Virus record (IMG/VR): IMGVR_UViG_3300045988_153208
DNA: 25,827 nucleotides
Direction: 5' to 3' (one strand)
Source: a virus
This document shows, piece after piece, positions 12,147 to 22,191 of the stretch. Within the stretch, counting starts at the first letter, position 1. Each line of letters begins with the position of its first letter. The notes below the pieces were generated by a model. The model was not told the DNA's origin and did not search any database. It saw nothing but the letters and a program-made list of their open reading frames with translations. A program made the position numbers and the translations under genes.

Positions 12147-13736
12147 TTAGTTTTTATTGGCTGATTCTAGAACAGCCTTGACCCAAGCTGGCATTCCAGC
12201 ATCTCTGTCATCATCTAAATTGCTTAAATTATAGGTAGTTGGGCCTTTATCATTATTATCATCATCAAGGTTAAAATTAACCTTGTTGCGAACACAAATA
12301 ACAGAAAGTTTTGCTTCAATATCATCAACAGAATACTTATCAATGTTATCAATAACATCTTTCTTATCATCATCAGACAGCATATAGAATGATTGAATCA
12401 TAGCTTCTTTATCCTTGCGTTCAATACTATTTTTAAACTCAGTTAAAGAAGTATTAGTTTCACTTAGAGTTTTATTTTCAGCCTCTAATAAACTAAATTT
12501 ATTTTGTAATTCTTCATATTCTGCCTTTAAGCTAACATATTCTTCAATTTCATCCAAGGAATACTTTTTCTTTTTCTTTTTATCCTCATCATCTTCTGAA
12601 GGATCGTCATCTTCATTTTCTGACTTTTGACCATTATTTTTAGAAGAACCATCATCTTTTTTGTTCTCAGGGTCGCCAGAATTATTGCCCTTATCATCGT
12701 TTGCCTTTTTATTTTCTTCTTCTTCTTGCTTTTTCTTAAATTCGGCTTCATAAGCTTCAACCGCATCTAAAGCAAACTGAGGCTCTGCTGCTGGAGTATA
12801 AGATTTAGTTACTTCAATTAAACCTTCACCAGGAACAAGACCATCAGAATCACTCAAAGAAAAGTTTAAACGATAATATTTCATATCTCCGCGGTCTTGA
12901 AGAATAGCAAATTTTTGACTATTATCTTCAAAAACGCCATCAATACGATATTTAGAGCAATAATTGTTAGAGCCATCAGGGAAAGCCTTATTTACATATT
13001 CCCATAAAGCACTCCATAGAGAATCTCCGATTTCTACGGCATATCTATTAAACACTTTTGCTCCTCCTTCTTTTAATAATTCTTTTAGTTCGTTCATCAT
13101 TGAGTATAGTTCATTTTTAAAACTATCATCAAATGAAAGAGAAAACTTTGTAATAGAGGAGCCTTCGAAGCAAGGTTCACACTCTTCTCCTAAAATACAA
13201 AGTTTAGAAATAATTGCTTCATTAATAATGAAAAACTACGGCTTTCCATTATTATCTTTCGTCCAAGTTCCATCTAAAGTACCTTCATCGAGCTCCATAG
13301 AATGATTATTGCCTTGCTCAATGATGCGCTTACATTCTGGATATTGGCCGGTCCATAAATATCCTTCAGTCATAAGATATTCATGTTCATTAACGCCATC
13401 ATCTAAAAATTTCTAAAACCAAACCTTGGCACCTAAATCTACAAAACCATAAGGTTTAGTAGTGTCTTTCATTTCAAACTTTCCGTTTGAAATATCAATA
13501 ATTCTATTGTGTTCCTCAAAATCTCCATTAGATTCATTATAAAAGCCAACAATAGGACTGCCAGGGAGACTATTAGCCATCTCCCTCGCAGTTTCTTTAG
13601 AAATAATGCTTCGATTGCGATTTGGTTCATCCCCAACGTAGCAAACTTTAATTTGGCATTTAGAAATCAAAGGATTAATAGGAGTTACATTAATAAATTC
13701 ACAAGGCGTTTCAAGTTTAATACTTTGATGCTTCAT
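12147..13736 (-). CDS. Capsid scaffolding protein fused to an about 210-aa N-terminal domain (possibly prohead-protease-like), 529 aa. In-frame TAGs at 13413 and 13236.
   Basis: ORF-track 13413..13736 and 12147..13100 are in the same frame. Hand translation of 13101-13412 shows no TAA/TGA. ATG at 13734-13736 with AAGGAGG. C-terminal half is highly acidic with coiled-coil-like repeats (EYEELQNKFSLLEAENKTL) and a K-run, typical of scaffold proteins. TAA at 12147-12149. Confidence 0.5.
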
Positions 13737-13747
13737 GATTTACCTCC

Positions 13748-15409
13748 TTAATTCATTGACTCTTTATTTTTTATGGTTTTTTCACTTTTCTAATCATCAG
13801 CCTTTTCAGGTCGCCCAGACTATTTTGTTTCAGTAGTCTGTTTTGTAGTAGTCTATTGATTACTACTTCCTGAATTATTTTGTGTTTTATTCTAATTGTT
13901 TGAACCTTTATTACCCAAAACATCTTGACTACTCATAGTAGAAGACATTAATGGTGGGATCATAATTTCAGTTAATTTCAACACATCATTTTCAAATACC
14001 GCAGTATTTAAAATAAAACTCTAAGAGTGACCAAGAGCAATTTGAGGTAGCATCTTAGAATAACCAAGTTGCGTTTGTTCTTTATATAATTTTGACATTT
14101 CTTTATAATTATATTGTGTAGTTTCAAGCATATAAAATTTAAAACTATATTTCTTATTGTTCGCAACTTTCATCTTTACTATTCTATCAAAAAAAATGTT
14201 AAATTGCAACAACAAGTTTCTAACAGTTGATTCATCATTAAGGATAGACTTCTCTAATGATAAATTACCATCAGTATTAAATAGATTTTGAGAAATACCT
14301 AAATTATTATAAACAGTACGTTCAACTTTTGCTAAATCATCTGTAGTAGTTGTAGTATTTTTATCTGATAAATCAATAGATTGAACATCAGTAAATGTTG
14401 TTAAAACATCAACACCAATAGCTCTTGATAACATAGCAACAGCATTATTATGTATGTCACGAGATTCATCAATATCAAATATTAAATCGCCATTTTTATC
14501 CATTGGAAGTTTTTGAACAATAATTTTTAACAACTTCTACATTTGTTTTCTGCGGTCTAAATCTTGAGCAGCATCTAAATCCATAAGAGCAGGGATAGAA
14601 TTAATAAATGGTGGGACATCACTACCATTAAAATTAAATTTCACACTTAATTCTGGAGATAGTAAATACCAACTTCCACTATAATCTCCCTTAATATCAG
14701 GAAGTAATTTTCCTTTCTTATATAAAACATATCCGCGCTAAAATTCTTCGGGGAATAATTTTAATACGCGCATACGATAATTAGGATCTGGAAACTAATC
14801 AAAAAACCGCATGTCAAACTCAATCGCTGGCATACCAGCCACAAAATATCTAGAACGGCAATAACTAGCAGGTAATTCTTGTAGCATTAAACTATTTGCA
14901 GATTGCACTATATATCCATAATAACAACCATTTTTCATAATACTTTGAGCAATATCACCGCAGATTTTTTTAATATAAGTATTATCTAAATAATTTAATA
15001 ACTTTGAAAAATCTTTTAAAACTTTTTCATCTTTTACTGTATCATCTAAAATCTCTGGAGCGACATACCAATCATATCTATACAAATAAGCAAAATAATT
15101 ACATACTCGCTCATAAATGCCGCTTATATCATAAAATAAATTAGAAATTCTACGCATTTCAACAATATCACGATTTATCATAGCTCGTAATACATCATTT
15201 TTAGTGACCATGCGACATGGTCCACGACGATTAGGATATAGCCGAGCAAATGACCCTAAATCTAATACAGCATCATCTAATGTTTGAACCCCAACTTTTA
15301 TTTTACGATATTCTGTTGGATCAGCAGTTCGATAATCACTTGTTCCATTGCTGATATTAAATCCTTTGGAGTGGATGATTTCCTAACGTGATAATTCTTT
15401 AGTATCCAA
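13748..15409 (-). CDS. Portal protein, 553 aa, with a Q/T/N/S-rich C-terminal tail and multiple in-frame TAGs.
   Basis: Putative TTG start at 15407-15409, 7 nt after AAGGAGG. Same frame as ORF-track 14795..15211 and 14021..14533. Hand translation continues to TAA 13748-13750. Located between terL and scaffold. Sequence FYDISGIYERVCNYFAYLYRYDWYV is portal-like. Confidence 0.55.
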
Positions 15410-15421
15410 AATTCCACCTCC

Positions 15422-15778
15422 TTAATATCCAGCTAATTGCATTATATAATCATATGTAATAAGATTTTCATCTGTATAAGGAATCTCTATTAATTTAAAA
15501 TCATGTAAAGCACAAAAACGTCGTTTTTGATTATCATTATATTGTTGTTGATATAAACCTTTTTTACCACCAAATTTTGCGCTAGGCTCATAATGCTATT
15601 TACCCTAATATTCAATAATAAAATCAATTCTACCATCATCATCAAAAACGACAAAATCGAAACGTAAGGGTCTGCCACTTGGTGCCTTCAAATCTGGGAA
15701 AATATACTCCATCTTAAATGGTAATTCAGCTTGTCGCAAAATCTCTTCAATTTTAATTTCGCCTCTAGACGCTCTCAT
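15422..15778 (-). CDS. Small Vsr/DUF559-like (PD-(D/E)xK) endonuclease, 118 aa. Possible free-standing homing endonuclease between terL and portal. Two in-frame TAGs.
   Basis: ATG at 15776-15778 with GAGGAGG. Translation ...LRFDFVVFDDDGRIDFIIEY[TAG]GK[TAG]HYEP... carries a D..(I/V)E..G..H-type motif. TAA at 15422-15424 overlaps the portal RBS. Confidence 0.35.
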
Positions 15779-15788
15779 AATTACCTCC

Positions 15789-17522
15789 TCAATTCAAGAA
15801 ACACCAATCTTTAGCATTAAACTTTTTACGTTTCTTCTTTTTATCTTCTTCTAATTTTAAATAATATAGTCCATATTCAAAAGCAGAAAATTTATCTTTT
15901 CGGATACTTTTATTTGCTTGTTTCAGGATAATATTTACTCCTTCAGTTTCTTCACGCAAATTCATCATTTCTTCTTTTAATATGGAAGTTAATGTAAATG
16001 GTTTTAATTCTTCTGCCCTCTATTCTGGAGTCATAGTTTGACCTTTCTTTTTAGCAAGAAGTTTATTTTTTGCTACGCGCTCATCAATTAAAAATTTCAC
16101 TTTTCCAGAAGCAAGTTGTGATTTAGCAATCGCGTGAGCTTCTGTATTAAGTGGCGCATTAGCTTTTATAATATACATAGCATCTAATACTGTATTAGAT
16201 GTTTTATATTTTTTATAAAATAAATCATCGTCATTAACAACACCAAAATCAGGGAAAATTTCATTGGTTTCAGGATCAATCTACGTCTTAACCATGTAAT
16301 CAATTAAACCAATTCCTAAACCATTACCATCAATTACAATTCTATCAGCATTATATTTATAATATAATTTTTTTAATTTAATAGTTTGGTCTTCAAAATG
16401 TTCATCAGATAATGTATATATATTCACTAGACTTTTAATCGACCCACCTTGTGATTGTGGAGTTACTTTAAATACACAAATAACTGAATCGCATCCTTTA
16501 CGACCAACGTCGACAGCAAGTACATAAGATGCTAATTTTGAATTACGCCCGGATGCTTCATATTCAGGCTAATTTAATATTCTATTTCTATCAAATATTT
16601 CAGCATTAAAAAATGCATCTTCTACAGTGCCAGACCATTTACTTTCATATTCTCGATCAAATGAACTTTCATTGAACGTTCCGTCCATTTTTAGGTCTTT
16701 AATAAAATTCGCATCTAATAATTTCATTAAAACAGGAATACGATAAGTACCACCCATAATAATAGATTGCTAAGGTTTAACAATCTCCCAAACTAATAAT
16801 TGGATTAATTTATCATAGGGGAAAGTATTTTTATATCCAGCAGTAGTAATATAAATTTGAGATTTATTAAGAGTTTCATCAGGTTGAGTAGTACCATCCA
16901 TACACATACGAGAAATATTCATTGTAGGAATAATAACTTGTGATAGAATATCACCATCAACACCAACACACTCTTCAATTAAACCACCATGGCGACGTTT
17001 ACCACGAGAAGACTCTCTTGCAGCAATATTATCAAAATATGAACCATTTTTAAATACATATTTAACATAATCTTTACCTTCAAGAGTTTGACCACGGCGC
17101 CAATCTATTTCTTTCTAAAATGCAGGAATAAGAGTACAAATTTCTTGAACTTTTTCTTTTACAATTCCAGCCGCTTGTTCTTTACCTCCAGAAGTAATAA
17201 ATAATTTACATCTGGGATATAAAATCGCACGACACATTAAGACCATCATTGACAAAAAAGATTTTGAATAAGCACGAGGGAATACAGCATAAATATATTT
17301 ATGACGCATCGCAGCGCGCAAAAAGATTCTCTAATAAAAATAGAGTTTAAAATGTTGAGGGCCGCCATCAGGTCCTGCCATGAAGTCGATAAACATATCT
17401 GGGTATTCTCTCCAAAAGGCTATGTACTATCTTGCTTCTGGTATAATTGCACGAAGACGGTCCTCTGAAATTCCAATCTTTTTACGCTTCTAAGATAAAT
17501 CAAGTAAATCCTATAAAGCCAT
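15789..17522 (-). CDS. terL: Terminase large subunit, about 577 aa, with multiple in-frame TAGs.
   Basis: ATG at 17520-17522 (AAGGA RBS). Same frame as ORF-track 17115..17321 and 16569..16757. Contains a Walker-A-like motif (AVFPRAYSKS), an ..RHGGLIEE.. segment, and a C-terminal nuclease-like region. TGA at 15789-15791. Confidence 0.6.
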
Positions 17523-17523
17523 A

Positions 17524-18720
17524 TTATCCTTCTAAATTTCTTAAAGTCTGAGCATCTATTTCAGATTCTTCCTCAAGGAAATCATTATATTCAATTAAAT
17601 CTTCATCTTTAAGATGATCGATTTCCTCCATCGTTAAATCTTCTTCAATATCTTGGTCTTCTTCTTTATTTTCTTCTTCTTGCATTTTCTTAATAGCCCC
17701 TTCAATGAGATTACCTAGATTCATCTCTTCAGTGACTAATGTGTGTGTATAATTCTTTAAATCTTGTAAAGTTTCATCAACTTTATCTTTTGGACCTTCT
17801 GTATAATACCGAGGGATAAATCCTTCAGTCTCACACATGGCTACTAATTCTCCAATAGAATCAAATGCTTCTCCTGTATCTGCTTTGTTTTGAGCGGCGG
17901 TGAAATTACCTGATTTCATTAGACTATCATAAACCTTGCTCATCTTTTGGAAACCTTCGATATCACCAATATCGATCAACTAGTTTGCTTTTAAGGATGT
18001 CTTACAAATTAATTTTAATGTATCAATATGACCAGCGCCGCGGATATCATAAGAACTCATCATTTCTTCATAGAGTTGCTCTAGTTTAACCCATTCTTCG
18101 GGTTTATACGCTTTACCCCACTTCATACGAAGATATAAAATATCTTCTTCTGTTAAATCGAGGTCATCTGCTGGGTCATGTTCAATACCATTCTATTGAT
18201 CAAAATAATCATCACCATCTCTAAAACGTTCTGGTAATTCAGGAGTGTAAGGTTTTAATTCTTCTTCTGGAATAGCGACAGTAGATTTAGCAATAGCTGT
18301 TGCTATTTGCTGGGCATCATAACCTTGTCGTTTCATAGTTTGTTCTAATTTATTATTAGCCACTTCCTATAAAAACTCAGAATCTTTCCATCGATAATCT
18401 CTATATTGTTTAAGTTTCATTTTGGACAAATATCTACCTAAAATACTCATACCAGTTAATTTAGATTTATCTTGTCCATATTTTACCATCAATTTACTCC
18501 ACTCATCTGGAACATAAGGTACATCAATTTCTTGTAGAATCCACATATAAGTTTCTGGATTCCAATTATCTACAAGCATTGTAATACATTTTTTACATTG
18601 AGGGAGTTTTCCATCATTTGGATATTTTTCTAAATTATTAGATGTATAAAACTGGTCAGCGCCCATAGTTCTATTACATCGTTCGCAATAATATACTTTT
18701 TTATCATTATCTACAGTCAT
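17524..18720 (-). CDS. 398-aa protein with an N-terminal Cys4 zinc ribbon (CERC..x23..CKKC) and a very acidic C-terminus. Possible terminase small subunit or DNA-packaging partner. In-frame TAGs at 18367, 18193 and 17980.
   Basis: ORF-track 18367..18720 and 17524..17979 are in the same frame. Hand translation of 17980-18366 shows no TAA/TGA. TAA at 17524-17526 sits immediately before the terL ATG. Confidence 0.4.
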
Positions 18721-18756
18721 AATTTTCCTCCTTATATCTATCCAATAACAGGCATC

Positions 18757-19827
18757 TCAAAATTATAACTGTTTGCCCTTGTTTTTAGCATTACGGCATT
18801 TTTTACAAATACTATAATAACCATCTTTACTAGTTTTATTTTTGCTAAAATATTTATTATGTGCTAATTTAATTTGCCCACAGCGACTACATTTTTTATA
18901 TTTACCTTTTGCTTTATGTAAATAATAATCATATAGGTATTGGTCTTCAGCCGCAGAGGCGATTAATTTTGGAATTTTATTGCGCCATAAACTAGAAATA
19001 TATTCTAAACTATGAGTAATATTAAATTCCTCTTGAATTTTCTTTTGAATGTCTATATTCTATAATCCATCAATTTTATATTCAACTATTCTATCATATA
19101 AGGGATAATCTTTAAGAGCAATGGTACATAAATTATCGAAATCTTCCATAATATACCATAAATCTCTTTCAAAATCTCCCCAACTATCTTGCTTTAAACG
19201 AGAATAATTACATAAAATTGCAGAACATACTCTAGGGTCTAAGAGTGAAACGCCATCCGGAATTGGATAACCATCATCATCAAAAATGCAAGTCGTGTCC
19301 TCTAATGGAATAAAATTTCTTGAACGAGTAATTTTAGTCATAACAATTGGACGACGAACTGCATTTTTAATAACATACTAATCTTTACGCATTTCAATAA
19401 TAGCACGTTTAATTATAAATGCTTCGCGTCCTTCACTAACTCGTAATTTGGCTTCCCAAGTAGTAATGGCGTCTCTTAACTATTTTAAATGAGGTATTTC
19501 TTCTATATCTTTTTTAGTAATTGTAATCTTAGGCTAAAATATTGTATTTTTATTTTCAGTAATTAAATTATAAATTCCATCTTCGCCATTCTCAAATTGG
19601 GAAACAAGACCTTCAAAAGATGTTTCACGCTTATTAACTGTTGCCATACGATTATCAGTTAATAATTTACGCTCCTTTTTCTCTTGTTTCTCCATACAAA
19701 GAATGATATAGTCCCCTAATATTTCTAAATATCGAGGAGAGGGGTCTGGGGTTTCCTCTAATATTTTCTTGACTAATTCATTTCTTTCTTCTGGAGTTTG
19801 TAAGGAATAATCTAATTTTATCATCAT
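18757..19827 (-). CDS. 356-aa hypothetical protein with a C-terminal Cys4 zinc ribbon (CSRCGQ..x17..CKKC). First gene of the leftward operon. Four in-frame TAGs.
   Basis: ORF-track 19534..19827 and 19060..19341 are in the same frame, joined through TAGs at 19534, 19480 and 19378. TGA at 18757-18759. ATG at 19825-19827 with GGAGG. Confidence 0.45.
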
Positions 19828-19852
19828 TACCTCCAGATTTTTTTACGTCTTC

Positions 19853-19880
19853 ATTATACAAAAAATTTTTCCAGGTGTCA
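19853..19880 (-). promoter_or_regulatory. Leftward sigma70-type promoter (TTGACA-N16-TGtTATAAT) for the packaging/structural operon.
   Basis: The rc of 19875-19880 is TTGACA. The rc of 19853-19858 is TATAAT, with TG upstream. Confidence 0.4.
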
Positions 19881-19936
19881 AATTTTAATAAATGCATTTA
19901 AAAAATTTTTAAACGATACTATTAATTGGAAAAAAT

Positions 19937-19965
19937 TTGACAATAAAAAAAATTTTTTGTATTAT
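19937..19965 (+). promoter_or_regulatory. Rightward sigma70-type promoter (TTGACA-N17-TATTAT) for the early operon, in the divergent intergenic region.
   Basis: TTGACA at 19937-19942 and TATTAT at 19960-19965. AAAGGAG RBS, then ATG at 19996. Confidence 0.4.
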
Positions 19966-19995
19966 TATTATAATAAAAAATAAAAGGAGAAGTTT

Positions 19996-20394
19996 ATGGT
20001 AATTGCTATTATTATATTAAGTATATTATTAATATTATCTATTATATATAATATATTGTTTACAAAAGGAGTCGCTAAACTTCTTGACCCTGAAAACATT
20101 GAACAAAAATATAATTTAATAGCAGATTATTATGGAGATGCAAATAACATTGAAGAAAGTTTCCCTTGTTGTTTGCTATTACATCTCCAATTTAATGCGA
20201 AGGAATCCGCAAAAATCACAGACTTCTCTAATTATGAAAATTCTAATATAATCGCTTATTCAGTTTTGTCCAAGGGCCCGCCACCGCCTGGATACGCCAA
20301 TCAACTGGAAGAAGACGGCTCTATAAGAATATTAGTCCACAATGTTCGAGTAAATAAATATAAGGATGGTGAATATTTTTGGGAGCCTATGTAA
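19996..20394 (+). CDS. Membrane protein, 132 aa (N-terminal transmembrane helix, PPPPG motif).
   Basis: Complete ORF with good RBS. Hydrophobic N-terminus VIAIIILSILLILSIIYNILF. Confidence 0.6.
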   Translation: MVIAIIILSILLILSIIYNILFTKGVAKLLDPENIEQKYNLIADYYGDANNIEESFPCCLLLHLQFNAKESAKITDFSNYENSNIIAYSVLSKGPPPPGYANQLEEDGSIRILVHNVRVNKYKDGEYFWEPM

Positions 20395-20585
20395 TTGTTA
20401 TCTTTTGGATAATCATTTCAGCATTAGTAATGTTTGAATATATTGATGCAATTCAAAGCGCCGGTGAAAATAAATTAATTGTTTGTCTAATATTTTTTAT
20501 TGGTGGCCCAATATTTGCTGCGAGTGATTTATTACAAAGAATTTTAGATATATTTTTACCGGAAGGGTGGAATGGTGATGACTGA
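20379..20585 (+). CDS. Small two-TM membrane protein, 68 aa (TTG start).
   Basis: ORF track; AAGGATGGTGA upstream. Overlaps the preceding gene by 16 nt. Confidence 0.4.
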   Translation: MGAYVIVIFWIIISALVMFEYIDAIQSAGENKLIVCLIFFIGGPIFAASDLLQRILDIFLPEGWNGDD

Positions 20586-20604
20586 AAAATAGATTAAATA
20601 TATT

Positions 20605-20904
20605 TTGAAAAATTTTAAACGAGGCACTACTATTCTATTTATGGGTGTATCATTTAATCAATATATTAATCTTGAACAATTAACTGAAGCAGGATATACT
20701 TGTATTTTATTGGGTGAAGGTCAAGATTATTGGCCATATATTCAAGATAATATGATTATTTATGTGGATAATATTGATATTAAAATTATGCGATTAAATT
20801 GTTATCCATTACATTGCCCTATTTTTGTATCTGATAGAAATCGAGTAATAAATGCAGAAGATAGAGATGTGCGCGTTTGGGCAGAAGTGTTAAAAGAGGA
20901 GTAA
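20605..20904 (+). CDS. Hypothetical protein, about 99 aa (start uncertain: TTG 20605 or ATG 20641).
   Basis: ORF track; tightly packed operon. Confidence 0.45.
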   Translation: MKNFKRGTTILFMGVSFNQYINLEQLTEAGYTCILLGEGQDYWPYIQDNMIIYVDNIDIKIMRLNCYPLHCPIFVSDRNRVINAEDRDVRVWAEVLKEE

Positions 20905-20905
20905 T

Positions 20906-21199
20906 ATGAAAATTTATAAATATTTAATTGAAACTCCAGGGTCAACTCATATTATGGACCATCTGACTGATATTGTATCTACTGGATTAGATGTAAATAA
21001 TAATCCATGCGTATGGGCAGTTTATGATGAAAAAGTACCCAAAAAATATTTTCAAATTAATGCTGTTGGCACAGGTTGGGAATTGGATAAATATGTAAAT
21101 AATAATGACAAGTATTTAGGAGTTATTAATGATGGTGAGTATATTTGGCATATCATTAAGTCTTCTGGAGAAAAATGTCATATAATGGAGGAGAAGTGA
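20906..21199 (+). CDS. Hypothetical protein, 97 aa.
   Basis: ORF track; RBS AAAGAGGAG immediately upstream. Confidence 0.55.
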   Translation: MKIYKYLIETPGSTHIMDHLTDIVSTGLDVNNNPCVWAVYDEKVPKKYFQINAVGTGWELDKYVNNNDKYLGVINDGEYIWHIIKSSGEKCHIMEEK

Positions 21200-21203
21200 T
21201 TTT

Positions 21204-21521
21204 ATGGAAGATGGAAAAAATTATTTTGATATTGTAATGCGAGAAGGCCAAGCAATAGTTCATAATGAAGGTTCTATTCATTAGGTTGATAGTTTAGGCC
21301 GTCTTGTTTTTCCTAAAAATTTAAGACAAAAATATGGTATTACTCCTGGTGACCGCATGGAATTTTATACTATTGAATATAATGGTGAAGTTTATGTTGG
21401 AGTGCGAGTGAGTAAACGATATGGTAGTAGAATAGAGTATTTACGCGCTAAAGAAGTATTAGATGATTTGGGAATTGAGATTCCTCAAAAACTAACTGAT
21501 GCTATTAATGGAGTAATGTAA
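21204..21521 (+). CDS. AbrB/MazE/SpoVT-family (swapped-hairpin) DNA-binding protein, 105 aa, with an in-frame TAG at codon 27 (21282-21284).
   Basis: GGAGGAG RBS. Hand translation MEDGKNYFDIVMREGQAIVHNEGSIH[TAG]VDSLGRLVFPKNLRQKYGITPGDRMEFY... carries the classic VDxLGRxVIPKexR..GI..GD motif. TAA at 21519-21521. Absent from the ORF track because of the TAG. Confidence 0.55.
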
Positions 21522-21522
21522 T

Positions 21523-21666
21523 ATGCCTAAGTATAAAAGTTTTGGAAATGCCCTCGCTGCTAAAATGCAGAAAAAGGCTAATTATTATGCTACTAAAGCA
21601 GTTCATCAAATTGTATGGGGTGAAAACCCTAAACGTGGTCGTCCTAAGAAGGAGAATAAGAAATGA
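21523..21666 (+). CDS. Small basic protein, 47 aa (..GRPKKENKK).
   Basis: ATG at 21523 with GGAG 9 nt upstream. Stop TGA overlaps the next ATG. Confidence 0.35.
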   Translation: MPKYKSFGNALAAKMQKKANYYATKAVHQIVWGENPKRGRPKKENKK

Positions 21667-21746
21667 TTCTTGAAGCATTGGCATTAATAGGATTAATTCT
21701 ATTTTTTCCTATCTGGTTTTTTGGTAGAAATAAAATTAAAAAGTAA
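21663..21746 (+). CDS. 27-aa hydrophobic peptide (MILEALALIGLILFFPIWFFGRNKIKK).
   Basis: ATG at 21663 with AAGAAGGAG RBS. Single predicted TM segment with a basic C-terminus. Confidence 0.35.
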   Translation: MILEALALIGLILFFPIWFFGRNKIKK

Positions 21747-21956
21747 TTCTTTTTACCGTTATCTGAATTGAAAAAAGTTTTGGTGAGAGTTTGTACCAGC
21801 CAAACAAAAAAATAAAAATCAAAAAAAATTTTTTCCCGAAACCCACCCCCCCGGTCGGTTTTTATCTGAGAAAAAATCTGAACACTATCGAGACCTTCTT
21901 GGGCTTGGCGCACGCGGAAAGGCTAGACCATCCCCAATACAGCCCCTCAACTCGCA

Positions 21957-21981
21957 GGACCGCGAATGGCTGTCGCGGTCC
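21957..21981. other. Perfect 9-bp stem-loop (GGACCGCGA-atggctg-TCGCGGTCC) with no U-tract, about 60 nt upstream of the tiny-peptide promoter.
   Basis: Inverted repeat read directly from the sequence. Confidence 0.5.
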
Positions 21982-22041
21982 TCATTCACAATAAATACAA
22001 ACTCCACAAAAAATCTCTCGCAAATTTGTGTATTCTGCCAA

Positions 22042-22070
22042 TAGACACGCATCCTGAAATCTGGTATAAT
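22042..22070 (+). promoter_or_regulatory. Promoter TAGACA-N17-TGgTATAAT driving the 31-aa peptide gene.
   Basis: TAGACA at 22042-22047, TATAAT at 22065-22070, with an extended -10 TG. Confidence 0.5.
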
Positions 22071-22095
22071 AGTATTATCAAAGGAGGAATGGTCT

Positions 22096-22191
22096 ATGTC
22101 TATCATCTACAAAGTCGTGCGCTTCATCACCGCGGTCGCTGTTGTCGCGGGCACTGGCATCCTGATGTGCCTCATCTGCCTCCCTCATTGA
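22096..22191 (+). CDS. 31-aa hydrophobic peptide (MSIIYKVVRFITAVAVVAGTGILMCLICLPH), its own transcription unit. Small membrane peptide, possibly type-I-toxin-like.
   Basis: AAAGGAGGAA RBS 8 nt before ATG 22096. TGA at 22189-22191 lies inside the terminator stem. Confidence 0.5.
   Translation: MSIIYKVVRFITAVAVVAGTGILMCLICLPH

Noticed and set aside
8983-13751. Plus-strand ORFs 8983..9201, 12415..12630, 12964..13305 and 13509..13751, and minus alternative-frame ORFs 11897..12094 and 12527..12766.
   Set aside because: They overlap well-supported minus-strand genes (connector, scaffold, decoration) in other frames. They are Ser/Lys-rich low-complexity translations typical of antisense or off-frame reads of AT-rich coding DNA.
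20379-20585. Calling the 68-aa two-TM protein a holin.
   Set aside because: No adjacent endolysin is present and it sits in the early rightward operon, not a lysis cassette. I kept it as a generic small membrane protein.
21840-21880. Possible terminator CCCGAAACCCACCCCCCCGGTCGGTTTTT at the end of the AT-rich operon.
   Set aside because: Only a 4-bp CCGA/TCGG stem can be drawn, with a long C-rich loop. It is too weak to call, though a T-run is present.
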